Below, piece by piece: positions 28,790 to 37,710 of a DNA stretch of 52,238 nucleotides. Numbering within the stretch: position 1 is the first letter of the stretch; every line of letters begins with the position of its first letter. The DNA comes from Acidimicrobiia bacterium. GTDB taxonomy: Bacteria; Actinomycetota; Acidimicrobiia; Spongiisociales; JAHEDJ01. A model generated the notes under the pieces. That model did not search any database. It saw only the letters and a list, made by a program, of their open reading frames with translations, and was not told the origin of the DNA. The DNA is taken from contig JARGFH010000023.1 in assembly GCA_029210695.1 (NCBI GenBank), positions 1 to 52,238 on the forward strand, in the 5' to 3' direction. Position numbers and translations under genes: made by a program.

Positions 28790-29196
28790 CCGGCATATTT
28801 CGGAAACAAGATCACGATTACGGCCGAGAATTTGGCGATGTTGAGCTGCAGCACGGTCAGAGGCCCCCACAGAAGCTGCGCCCCTTCGACGATCGCCAAT
28901 GTGGCGGCCAGTGACAGGATGTTCACCACGTAGAAGACACCTGTTTCGCGGGTAGACCCCCAGCCTTCGTCGAGTTTGAAAGTCCACCGCCGGTTCAAGA
29001 CATACGACAGCGCGGTGGCCGCTACGTACGAGATGGTGACGGCTACCGACGCCTCCCACCGCTCGTTGGGAAGGACCAGCAGCAACACGTTGAAGATTCC
29101 AAAATCGATGATCGTGTTGAACCCGCCCACCACCGCCAGCCGGATGAACTGCCCGAGGGATTCCCGGTTCATGAAACTCTGCAGGTACCGCTTCAC
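28738..29196 (-). CDS. GtrA-family flippase
   Basis: QFIRLAVVGGFNTIIDF, SYVLNRRWTF, 4 TM segments. GTG 29196 overlaps the upstream TGA. Confidence 0.88.
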   Translation of the reverse strand: MKRYLQSFMNRESLGQFIRLAVVGGFNTIIDFGIFNVLLLVLPNERWEASVAVTISYVAATALSYVLNRRWTFKLDEGWGSTRETGVFYVVNILSLAATLAIVEGAQLLWGPLTVLQLNIAKFSAVIVILFPKYAGYRDLVFRRSLEKDRRS

Positions 29197-31514
29197 TTGG
29201 CGGTCGCCCTGCGCCACACGAACGGCAAGGTGATGGCCAGACCGACCACGGTCAGCACGATCCCGATCCACTCGGCCCAGGTTCGTTCAAACCGGAGCTC
29301 CACATGCCCTTCGGTAGGTACGACCACCATCAGCGATGGTGTCGCCCGGTACGGCCCATCGGCCCCTTCGGCCGTCCAGTTCGGAAAGTATGAGATCTTG
29401 ACGAGATGGGGCACTCCGATCGCCGTAGTGTCGAACGAGAGCGAGTCGTCGGTGATCTGCACGTTGGTTGCCGGAGCATGCTCGCCGATCGGGACGAGCG
29501 GTAGTTCATCGAGCCCGTCGATGCGGGGCCAGTTCGCAGGACCATTCGCAGTGACCCAGCGGTCGAGAAGATCGATATCGTCGTACCACTCGAAGGCAAG
29601 GTCCCCGAACGGCGATTTGCGTTCCTCGCCGGTGATGATGGAGAGGGGAACGCCGAGCACCTTGGCAAACAGGCTTCCGCCCCGTCCATCCGCGTAGACG
29701 GCCGGTTCATGGGTGGCAACCTCGACCAGGTCGTGGGAGGGCAGCTCGTACACACGGAATGGGCCGCTGGCGGCCACTTCTTCGAAAACCTCCGGCAGTG
29801 CGGCCGCTTCGGCCAACGCCTCCTCGCTGAAAGCAACGTAGTAGCGCACGCCGTAGATCTCGAGGTGCTCGACACCTCGCTCGAAGTCGAAGGTGTGGTA
29901 GTTGAGTCCGGGGATGGGGTTCGACGGCTTCCTGCTCATCTCGGCGGCGTTGAGAAAGTGAAACGGGGTCGTGAGCGAGGACTCGAAGAACAGGCCCTCC
30001 ATCGAGGGATGCCCATCCGACCAATAGGGGAACAGCATCAGCGACATCGAGGTGCCGTATTGATCCAGATAGTCGGAATCGACCTCCCATTGGATCCGCC
30101 CGTCGGGCAGGGTATCGATCGTCTCCATCAGCGCTTCGTACTCGGGCCAGGGCGCCTTGCTCTCGTAGCCGGAGTAGTTCCAGGTCGCCCATCCGGAGAG
30201 AAAGGCTATGCCGAGGCCTCCAGCCCCGGCGAAGCCCACCGAGCCGGCCAGCACCAGCACGATCGCGGTGCGAACCTCGAGAGCGAACACCATGGCGGCC
30301 AAAGCTGCCAGCGCCACGACCCCGGCCACGATCAAGGCAATCCCGGAATTCCCCGGCCGGCCGGAGAAGGCACCGGCCGCCATGAGGAGGGCGATGGTGA
30401 CCACCGCCGTGATCGGTTGCCAGAGGGCCAGTTGCTTCGGCAACCGCCTGGCGAGCCCCACCATCAGAGCACCGACTGCCAGACCTGCGAAGAACGACAA
30501 CCCGAAGAACCAGTATGGAAGGAGCCGGCCATTCCAGAGTTTCCATGGTTGCTCGGCGAAAGCCACCGGCAACCAGAAGTAGATCAACGGAATCAGGGTC
30601 AACCCGACGACCGGGACGGCCCTGGCGGTCTTCCGCACCGCCCACACCATGCCGACCACCGCCAGGGGAACGATCGGCCAAATTTCAACCGGGAACAACT
30701 CGTCCCACCTGGTGAGCGGCGACCAGGCCATGTCGGCGGTCAAACCGAATCTCGCCAGCAAAGGCAACGCCCAGAACCCTGCCACCGCGAAGCCGGCGAT
30801 CCAGGTAAACGCAATGCGTCCGGCCGCCCGTCTCCACATCAACATCGGCAGAGTTGCGAACACGATCACGATCGTGGTGATGACGTGACTGAGTGCTGTG
30901 AGCCCGAGCACCAACGCCGCAACAGGGAGCAAAGATGGATCGTCTTTGAGGCCGCGGATCAGAAGTCCGAAGTAGAGGAGCGACAAAGCGAACGACCACG
31001 AAAACGAAAACTCACCGGCCAGGGTGGAAGCGATATTCGCCCCGTAGATCGTGAAGCTCTCGATGAATACGAAACTGCCCCCGGCCGCACCCCCGACGGT
31101 GGCAACAGCACGGGAGAGTCCCATTGAGCGAGCCAGAAAGTACGCCGCCGGAGGAGTCGCCAGCAGACCGGCCACAGTCACCATCTTGAAGGCGATCCCG
31201 TACGGGAGGACAAGATCGAGGAACACGATGACGAGGGAGGGAAGCGGGAAGTAGAAATAGAAGATCGGGAACCCGGCGAACCAGCTATTGCTCCAACCCA
31301 TGATCTGCCCGGATGGCAACAACACGTCCCTGAGGAATGCGGGTCCGAGGACATGTGCACCCATGTCGCCACCCGCAGGGGTGTTGGCCGCAAAGATGAG
31401 ATCCGGTCGCATCACCCCCAGGATCAGGAGGCTGACGATGCCGACTCCGACGAGCGGGACCCAGTTGGGAGTGGAGTCCGATGCGGTGGCGGGCGAACGA
31501 CCCGATTGAGTCAT
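29193..31514 (-). CDS. Polytopic membrane protein, PTPS-related/YfhO-like (GT-C type)
   Basis: GGDMGAH, GWSNSWFAGFPIFYFYFPLP, many TM helices, extracytoplasmic domain with KISYFPNW, C-terminal TM. Confidence 0.8.
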   Translation of the reverse strand: MTQSGRSPATASDSTPNWVPLVGVGIVSLLILGVMRPDLIFAANTPAGGDMGAHVLGPAFLRDVLLPSGQIMGWSNSWFAGFPIFYFYFPLPSLVIVFLDLVLPYGIAFKMVTVAGLLATPPAAYFLARSMGLSRAVATVGGAAGGSFVFIESFTIYGANIASTLAGEFSFSWSFALSLLYFGLLIRGLKDDPSLLPVAALVLGLTALSHVITTIVIVFATLPMLMWRRAAGRIAFTWIAGFAVAGFWALPLLARFGLTADMAWSPLTRWDELFPVEIWPIVPLAVVGMVWAVRKTARAVPVVGLTLIPLIYFWLPVAFAEQPWKLWNGRLLPYWFFGLSFFAGLAVGALMVGLARRLPKQLALWQPITAVVTIALLMAAGAFSGRPGNSGIALIVAGVVALAALAAMVFALEVRTAIVLVLAGSVGFAGAGGLGIAFLSGWATWNYSGYESKAPWPEYEALMETIDTLPDGRIQWEVDSDYLDQYGTSMSLMLFPYWSDGHPSMEGLFFESSLTTPFHFLNAAEMSRKPSNPIPGLNYHTFDFERGVEHLEIYGVRYYVAFSEEALAEAAALPEVFEEVAASGPFRVYELPSHDLVEVATHEPAVYADGRGGSLFAKVLGVPLSIITGEERKSPFGDLAFEWYDDIDLLDRWVTANGPANWPRIDGLDELPLVPIGEHAPATNVQITDDSLSFDTTAIGVPHLVKISYFPNWTAEGADGPYRATPSLMVVVPTEGHVELRFERTWAEWIGIVLTVVGLAITLPFVWRRATAK

Positions 31515-31536
31515 GCCGGGAGGCTACCGGCCGCGC

Positions 31537-31713
31537 TCAGGAACGCGGCTTCCGAACGAGTTCGAGAACGTCGCGCAGATCTAGGGATTCGCCGTCACGG
31601 TCCCACCACTTCTCATCGCATTTATGGCACGAGAAGAAATCCACTTCCGTTCCATCCGGAAGTTTCTGATGGATCTCGATCACTTCATCGACACCGCACC
31701 CGGGGCACTGCAC
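31537..31713 (-). CDS. Small zinc-ribbon protein (58 aa)
   Basis: CPGC-x22-CHKC-xxxWW. GGGAAGGA SD before GTG 31713. Confidence 0.75.
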   Translation of the reverse strand: MQCPGCGVDEVIEIHQKLPDGTEVDFFSCHKCDEKWWDRDGESLDLRDVLELVRKPRS

Positions 31714-31774
31714 GTTGGAGATGTCCTTCCCTTGAACCGACGGCACAGAATGTTAGTCCCCTCTGCCGTCAATC

Positions 31775-32044
31775 TCACCCTTCCTCGAGCAACTTCCCGA
31801 CATAACGGCTCCTCCGTCGACCATCCTCGCGCCAGTGGGCATACCAGTAGGGGCCGTGCGGGCAGCGGGTGCAGTTCGCTTTGCCGCAGCGGACCTGCTG
31901 CTGGCGAAGTTTGACGTCCGCCTGTGTCCCGGGAGGCAGCACCCCTGTCCTTTCGAGGTGAGCTGTCGCAAGGATCAACAAGCGGCGAAGTTCATGCTCG
32001 TCGAGATCTCGAACCGCGTCGATGAGGTCCCGGTCGAGCGCCAC
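31775..32044 (-). CDS. DUF6788-like small protein
   Basis: VRCGKANCTRCPHGPYWY...GRRRSRYVG. GAGG SD before GTG. Confidence 0.8.
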   Translation of the reverse strand: MALDRDLIDAVRDLDEHELRRLLILATAHLERTGVLPPGTQADVKLRQQQVRCGKANCTRCPHGPYWYAHWREDGRRRSRYVGKLLEEG

Positions 32045-32050
32045 GACGCG

Positions 32051-32275
32051 TCAGGCAACCTCGAGCGGAGCAAACAAACGAGCAGCCGTCCGGCGATCGG
32101 TGAGCGTCCAACCGAGTGGTGGGGTCATCCGATCTGAATGCTGGCCGCACATCAGGTATCCGGCGCCGGGCTGAAACCCATCGCCGATGTCGTCCAGCCA
32201 GATCGCCCGCTCCCCATAGTTGTAAGACATAATCGACGCCGCCGGCGCTCCACATCGTGCACACGATCCAATCAT
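32051..32275 (-). CDS. DUF3499-family protein
   Basis: CARC...SYNY...LMCGQHSDRMTPPLGW. TAGGTT 7 nt before ATG. Usual actinobacterial position. Confidence 0.85.
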   Translation of the reverse strand: MIGSCARCGAPAASIMSYNYGERAIWLDDIGDGFQPGAGYLMCGQHSDRMTPPLGWTLTDRRTAARLFAPLEVA

Positions 32276-32367
32276 GCGGGCCAACCTAGGCGCTCGACGG
32301 CCTACCACCAAGGATTTCGTCTTACGTGCCGGTTCGCGAGTAAGACGATTTTGTCATTTTGGGGCTT

Positions 32368-32405
32368 TTGGCAATTGGCAATTGGCAATTGGCAATTGGC
32401 AATTG
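32368..32405. repeat. Tandem heptamer (TTGGCAA)x5
   Basis: Five perfect copies plus TTG. Confidence 0.97.
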
Positions 32406-32413
32406 CGAGTTTG

Positions 32414-32498
32414 CGGCTCACGGCTCACGGCTCACGGCTCACGGCTCACGGCTCACGGCTCACGGCTCACGGCTCACGGCTCACGGCTCACGGCTCAC
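32414..32498. repeat. Tandem heptamer (CGGCTCA)x12+, running into the assembly gap
   Basis: Twelve perfect copies. ACGGCT resumes after the gap. Confidence 0.97.
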
Positions 32499-32596
32499 NN
32501 NNNNNNNNNNNNNNNNNNNNNNNNNNNNNNNNNNNNNNNNNNNNNNNNNNNNNNNNNNNNNNNNNNNNNNNNNNNNNNNNNNNNNNNNNNNNNNNN
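32499..32596. other. Assembly gap (98 N)
   Basis: Run of N. Confidence 1.
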
Positions 32597-32620
32597 ACGG
32601 CTTGGCCTTGCGGCTTATGA

Positions 32621-33931
32621 CTATGGAAGGGGAACCGGGGACAGGTAGGCAACTGCCGCTCCCCTGATCATGGCGGCCCCGACCGTGATCGGAGCGGTTG
32701 CTTCGACAAACACACCCGACGCGTCTGCCACGGGCAAAACGATCCGGTGGACCGAGCCCGCCGCCACGGCGACCTTGCCAGAGCGGTCGGTGCCATTCTC
32801 GTTCAGTGCTGCGTACGTCACGGTCACCTGCTCGGCAGATGTGTTGAGGATCCAGAGTTCGTGCTGGGCGTCGGGCAGCGATCCGAGCCCCGGAATGAGC
32901 CACGACTCCGCCAGGGTGGGAGTTCCCGCCGTCACGGCGCGCGCTTGTTCGCTCTCCCCCACGATCACTCCGCCGAGCAGGCCGTCGGCCCGCACCTGAA
33001 AACCGGATGGTTCCGTCAGGAGGTCTCTGAGGCGGATTCGTACGTGTTTGCCAGCCTCGACAGTCCCTCCGAGGAAGTCCAGCTCAGATGTCTTCGTGCC
33101 GAATCGGTCGATTGAGTAGGTGACGGCGAGCGAGGTCGGGTTCGCCAGAACCAGAGAGGCATCGAGACCGGCGGTCGCCACGAGAGGAAACTCCCACGTT
33201 TCCGCCCGGTCGACACCGGTCCACAGCGCCTGATCCTCGGGGCCGACCTGCAGGAAGGCCGGAATCACAACACCCTTCTCGACCTCGATGACCGCCGAAA
33301 GCGACTCACGCAGTGGCAGCAGCGCGGCGATGTCGTACGTCCGCCAGCTCAGGGCGTTCACCGTGACTGCTTCGAGACTCGGTTCTGGTTCGAAGTCGGT
33401 CTCATTCGTCATGACGACCGTGACCCGGGCATCCTCCGGGAAGGGGTTGAAAAGCTGCAGTTCCAGGGTGTCCCCCGGGCGAGTTGAGCCTCCAGGAAGC
33501 AGCCAGATTTTCGGCACAGACGATGCGCAGCCGGCTCCGGCCAGCATGCGATCGTCGTAGGCAAGTACTCCAACCGAGGCGTCTGCGGTGAACTCGACGA
33601 CCGAAGGCATCTGCCCTTCAAACGGCAGTTCCCCGAGATCGAACGTCACCCCGGCCAGACCCTCGAGGCCAAGTTGCTGTGTATCGCGCACCTCGCCCGC
33701 AGAAGGAAAGGTGAGGGTGGCCGACGTGTCATCTGGAGCGAGCACGGCCAGCAATCCTGCGAGCGAACCTTCAGTGGATGCCCACGGACAGAGGGCGAAG
33801 GCCTGAATCGATGGCTCGGCATCCGGGACCGTCGTGGATACGACCGGGATCACGACCACCTCCGGTTCCGGAAGGAGAATCGCGACCGCAAGTACACCGC
33901 CGACCAGGACCGTCATGATGATTCGCTTCAT
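32621..33931 (-). CDS. DUF5719-family exported protein
   Basis: N-terminal hydrophobic anchor, beta-rich repeats (WLLPGGST...LQLFNPF, LVLANPT, LWILNTS). ATGA-coupled to the large GT2. Confidence 0.8.
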   Translation of the reverse strand: MKRIIMTVLVGGVLAVAILLPEPEVVVIPVVSTTVPDAEPSIQAFALCPWASTEGSLAGLLAVLAPDDTSATLTFPSAGEVRDTQQLGLEGLAGVTFDLGELPFEGQMPSVVEFTADASVGVLAYDDRMLAGAGCASSVPKIWLLPGGSTRPGDTLELQLFNPFPEDARVTVVMTNETDFEPEPSLEAVTVNALSWRTYDIAALLPLRESLSAVIEVEKGVVIPAFLQVGPEDQALWTGVDRAETWEFPLVATAGLDASLVLANPTSLAVTYSIDRFGTKTSELDFLGGTVEAGKHVRIRLRDLLTEPSGFQVRADGLLGGVIVGESEQARAVTAGTPTLAESWLIPGLGSLPDAQHELWILNTSAEQVTVTYAALNENGTDRSGKVAVAAGSVHRIVLPVADASGVFVEATAPITVGAAMIRGAAVAYLSPVPLP

Positions 33932-36732
33932 TGCTTCGCCCTCCGCCCGATGATGGCAAGTCCACCCAGCCCGACCAGCAGGAAAGCAGCAACCCAGGCA
34001 TAGAGCGCCTTCTCTCCGTTCGACTCGTACCAGGCCCGGCCCTCAGATGCAGAGACGGTGGCCGCCCACCCGACCGATGCCGGCTCGGGCCGCCACCCGG
34101 AATCGGCATTCATGGCGATGCGCACCCGCCCCTCCGAACGGGAGCCTTCAAACCCTCCAGTGGTCCTTACCCAGGCATCTCCGTCGATCTCGGAAGCAAC
34201 CGGACTGGCGACCAGGTTTTCGTATACCGCTTCGAACTCCGTAAGAGGAAGCGGCTTCATGTCGAGTTTGGAGGCGAAGGCTTCCTCAAACGGTGAGGGC
34301 TCCGTGAAGACCACCCACCGGATCCCGAACTGCGCCAGCTGCTCACCGGGACGCAGAGATTTGATGCCGGTCAGCTCCTGCAACGTCTCCCGCAACGCCA
34401 GGTCTCCTCCTTGGGCCGGATGCAGCCGTGCATCGAGCAGTGTCGGCTCCGGCGCCTGGAACAACCGGTACGAGAAATCTCCAGCCATCCTCGCATCGCC
34501 CGGGAGGTTGTCGGCCGTGCCGATGATCAGGACGCGATCTGTGCCGTGCTCTGCCTGGCGGGCCGTCGTAAACTCGAGTGGCTCGGAGAACCGGTCTTGC
34601 CCGAAGCCGAGGGCACCGTCGGCGAGAACGAAGAAGAAGGTCGCTGCCAGGGCGATCCCGGCCACAACTCCTGGAACGACGCTCACCCGCCTCCACACGC
34701 GATGGGAGCCGAGCTGTCGAATCGCGTCGATCGCCGACCCTGCGACGATCGCCAGCCCGACCGCGGCGGTGGCGAGGCCGGCAACCGACGGCTCGAAGCC
34801 GCCTCCGACTTCGGCGGTCCGCGCCGCCACCGCTCCAAGACCGGCCAGCAGGCCACCCCAGGCGGTCACAGCGGCCGTGCGCTGCGAACCGAGGAATAGC
34901 GGGACCAACACTGCAACTGCGAAGGCCACAACGACCCACGCCGCCGGTGCCCAGAAGTAGGGTCGACCGGCCTCAATCAAATACGTTGAGTCGATGAACA
35001 CGATCCACGGAGCCAGCACCGGGAGGGAAACTACGGTTGCCAATCCTGCTCGCCCAACCGCGGTCCAGTGCCGGTCCGTGCCGATCGCGAACCAGAGGAT
35101 GGTGGCTGCCAGCGGCACAATCGAGGCAAGCGGAGCGAACATGGCCAGGATGGCGACCGGAAGCGTATCGGCGGCAACCCGCCCGATTCGTGCAAGCCAG
35201 CCGCCCGGCCAGGGACGGAGGAACGAGGCGAGCGCGAACGGCATTGCCGCCAGTGCCGGGAGGCCGGGCCACAGCCCTGCGTCTGTCATCGCCAGGGTTG
35301 CCGGTCCGCTGAACGCAACCACGCCGGCGATGAAGCGCCCACCGGATCCGACACCAAGCAAGCGCATGAGGCGGGAGGTTCCGATGAAGGTCACGAAGGC
35401 TCCCCCGACGGTCAAGACCATCTCCGCCAGGCCCGCCCTGCCGAATAGCAGCAGTTGGACTGCGGCCGCCCCACCTACCGAGGGAGGCAGCGGGCGCGCA
35501 GTGCCGAGTCCGGCCGGATTCCAGCCTCCGGCATACGTCTTGAGCGTCTCGAGCACGGCATCGGGAAGATGCAGGGCGTAGCCGGTAGCGGGCAGTCGCC
35601 CGATGATGATGGCCCGGCCCGCCAGTGCGATCAACGCTAGGCCGATCGCCCCGATGATTACTCCCGGCTGCTGCCACACCTGACGTCCGCGCGCCATCAA
35701 GTCCGACAGCGTGAAAGCGCCTTCGCTCATAGCCGGACCTCGCACCGCCTCGGTCACATCATCGCCGAGTTTTCGCAAGACCGACGAACCGCGCACCTGA
35801 TACCGGAACAACTCCGCGTCGTCGACCTGACGGGACCGTTTCACAACCCTCCGTGCCGCCAGGGTCGAAGGAAGTCTCACCAGATTCCACACCCACGAGC
35901 GCACCGCGTCGATGAGCGAGAGGCGGGGGCCGATGACTATTCGAACGATTCCGTCGAGGAGGTCCAGGACGGCGCCAACGGGAATCAGCCAGATCAGGGT
36001 GAGCGCGGAGTAGACCTTGAGGGAAGACCGGATCCGACCGGCTCGGCTCTTCCATGGTGGGTCATCTGCCCCGCAGTTCGGGTCGTGCAAGACCTCGGAG
36101 GAGGGCACAACTACCACCCGGCCGCCGGCGGTTCTGGCCCGCTGTGCGAAATCGATGCCCGCCTCGAGCGGCGGGAGCAGAGCATCCGGCCCGCCGAGTC
36201 CACGCAGGAGGTCACGACGAACGAGAACTGAGGCGCCCGGGATGAACGACACATCGCGGACTACGTCGTACTGCTCCTGATCGACCTCGCCTACTTCTAG
36301 TCCCGTGTACGGCATTCCGAATACGTCCGTCGCACCTCCGACCGACTCGAGAACCTCAGGGTGCTCCGAGTTGAGCAGTTTCGATCCGGCCACGGACGCG
36401 TCAACGCGAATCGACTCCGAGACCAGTGCCTGCAGAGCGTCCGGCCTGGGCCGCGCATCATCGTGCACCAACCAGATGTGGGTCGTCGCCCGGTCGAGGT
36501 CATCGAGCATGCTCCGCAGGTCCGCTGCCCAGCGCACGTCGTGATTGCCGGCCGCAGTCCGGGCGTCGTCCCCGCCTCCGACGACGACAACGCTCTGCGG
36601 TTCGTACACTTGGTGGTGGACGGCGTCGAGTACGGCGGCGAGATGGTCACCGTGCCTGACGGAGATTGCCGCGACAATATTCGCTTGTTCGGTGGATGCG
36701 TCCTTGACGGGAGGACGCGGTAGAGCAGACAT
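33928..36732 (-). CDS. Large GT2 glycosyltransferase with polytopic membrane domain
   Basis: WLVHDD, VAGSKL, EVDQEQYD, RARTAGGRVVVVP, many TM segments. Start at 36732 or 36741. Confidence 0.88.
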   Translation of the reverse strand: MSALPRPPVKDASTEQANIVAAISVRHGDHLAAVLDAVHHQVYEPQSVVVVGGGDDARTAAGNHDVRWAADLRSMLDDLDRATTHIWLVHDDARPRPDALQALVSESIRVDASVAGSKLLNSEHPEVLESVGGATDVFGMPYTGLEVGEVDQEQYDVVRDVSFIPGASVLVRRDLLRGLGGPDALLPPLEAGIDFAQRARTAGGRVVVVPSSEVLHDPNCGADDPPWKSRAGRIRSSLKVYSALTLIWLIPVGAVLDLLDGIVRIVIGPRLSLIDAVRSWVWNLVRLPSTLAARRVVKRSRQVDDAELFRYQVRGSSVLRKLGDDVTEAVRGPAMSEGAFTLSDLMARGRQVWQQPGVIIGAIGLALIALAGRAIIIGRLPATGYALHLPDAVLETLKTYAGGWNPAGLGTARPLPPSVGGAAAVQLLLFGRAGLAEMVLTVGGAFVTFIGTSRLMRLLGVGSGGRFIAGVVAFSGPATLAMTDAGLWPGLPALAAMPFALASFLRPWPGGWLARIGRVAADTLPVAILAMFAPLASIVPLAATILWFAIGTDRHWTAVGRAGLATVVSLPVLAPWIVFIDSTYLIEAGRPYFWAPAAWVVVAFAVAVLVPLFLGSQRTAAVTAWGGLLAGLGAVAARTAEVGGGFEPSVAGLATAAVGLAIVAGSAIDAIRQLGSHRVWRRVSVVPGVVAGIALAATFFFVLADGALGFGQDRFSEPLEFTTARQAEHGTDRVLIIGTADNLPGDARMAGDFSYRLFQAPEPTLLDARLHPAQGGDLALRETLQELTGIKSLRPGEQLAQFGIRWVVFTEPSPFEEAFASKLDMKPLPLTEFEAVYENLVASPVASEIDGDAWVRTTGGFEGSRSEGRVRIAMNADSGWRPEPASVGWAATVSASEGRAWYESNGEKALYAWVAAFLLVGLGGLAIIGRRAKQ

Positions 36733-36792
36733 TGATGCCATTCTGGAGCGGACGGGCGCCGGCTGCAATGTCGGCGAGCAGAAAGGACGAGA

Positions 36793-37710
36793 ATGAGACT
36801 TGCAATGCTGTCCGGCGGAGTCGGTGGAGCCAGGCTCGCCAGAGGACTCGCAGCCCTCGACGATGTCGATCTCACCGTCGTTGTGAACGTCGGCGACGAT
36901 GACGAGATCTACGGCCTGGCCATCTCACCCGACCTGGATACGGTTACCTACACCCTCGCCGGTATCGAGGGCCCCCACGGATGGGGACTCGCCGATGACT
37001 CGTTTGCCGTCATCAACCACCTCGCCGATTTCGGCATTGACACCCGGTTTCGTCTCGGCGACGGAGACCTCTCCACGAATCTCTACCGCACCATCCGTCT
37101 GAGCGACGGCGCCACTCTCAGCGACGTGACCCGGGAAATCGCCGCTGTGCTCGACCTGCCTGCAAGAGTTCTCCCCGCCACCAACGACCGGCTCCGTACC
37201 GAGGTACTCATAGACGGAGGCCACTGGCAATCCTTCCAGGATTATTTCGTCATGGGAGGACACGAAGACGAGGTACTGGATATCCGCTTCACAGGCTCGA
37301 GCGCGGCCACCCCGGCACCCGGTGTCGCCGAAGCGATCGCGGACGCCGACGCCATCATCATCGGCCCGTCCAACCCTCCGCTTTCAATCTGGCCGATCTT
37401 GTCGGTGCCCGAACTCGGCAGGCTCATGAGTTCCGCCCGGCGGGTGGTGGCAGTGAGCCCGCTGTTCGGTGGACGACCCCTCAAAGGTCCGGCCGACCGC
37501 GTGCTGGCTTCGCTCGGTTTCGCCCCGGGAAATGAGGGAGTGGTCGCCGCCTACGACGGAACGATCAGCGACCTCGTCATCGACCAGTCGGATGCTGCCG
37601 AACGAGGACGGCTTACGAACCACGGCGTCGGGGTGCACGTACGCAACACCAGGTTCCCGGATCTCAACTCGGCCAGGGAGTTCGCATCCTGGATGGTGGA
37701 TCTCCTGTGA
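36793..37710 (+). CDS. cofD: 2-phospho-L-lactate/phosphoenolpyruvate transferase (F420 biosynthesis)
   Basis: LSGGVGGARL, VNVGDD, ISPDLDTVTYTL, FQDYFV, GPSNP, KGPAD. Confidence 0.96.
   Translation: MRLAMLSGGVGGARLARGLAALDDVDLTVVVNVGDDDEIYGLAISPDLDTVTYTLAGIEGPHGWGLADDSFAVINHLADFGIDTRFRLGDGDLSTNLYRTIRLSDGATLSDVTREIAAVLDLPARVLPATNDRLRTEVLIDGGHWQSFQDYFVMGGHEDEVLDIRFTGSSAATPAPGVAEAIADADAIIIGPSNPPLSIWPILSVPELGRLMSSARRVVAVSPLFGGRPLKGPADRVLASLGFAPGNEGVVAAYDGTISDLVIDQSDAAERGRLTNHGVGVHVRNTRFPDLNSAREFASWMVDLL

Noticed and set aside
32138..32903. ORFs with repeating AHGSRLT / WQLAIGN peptides
   Set aside because: These are translations of heptamer DNA repeats running through an N gap.
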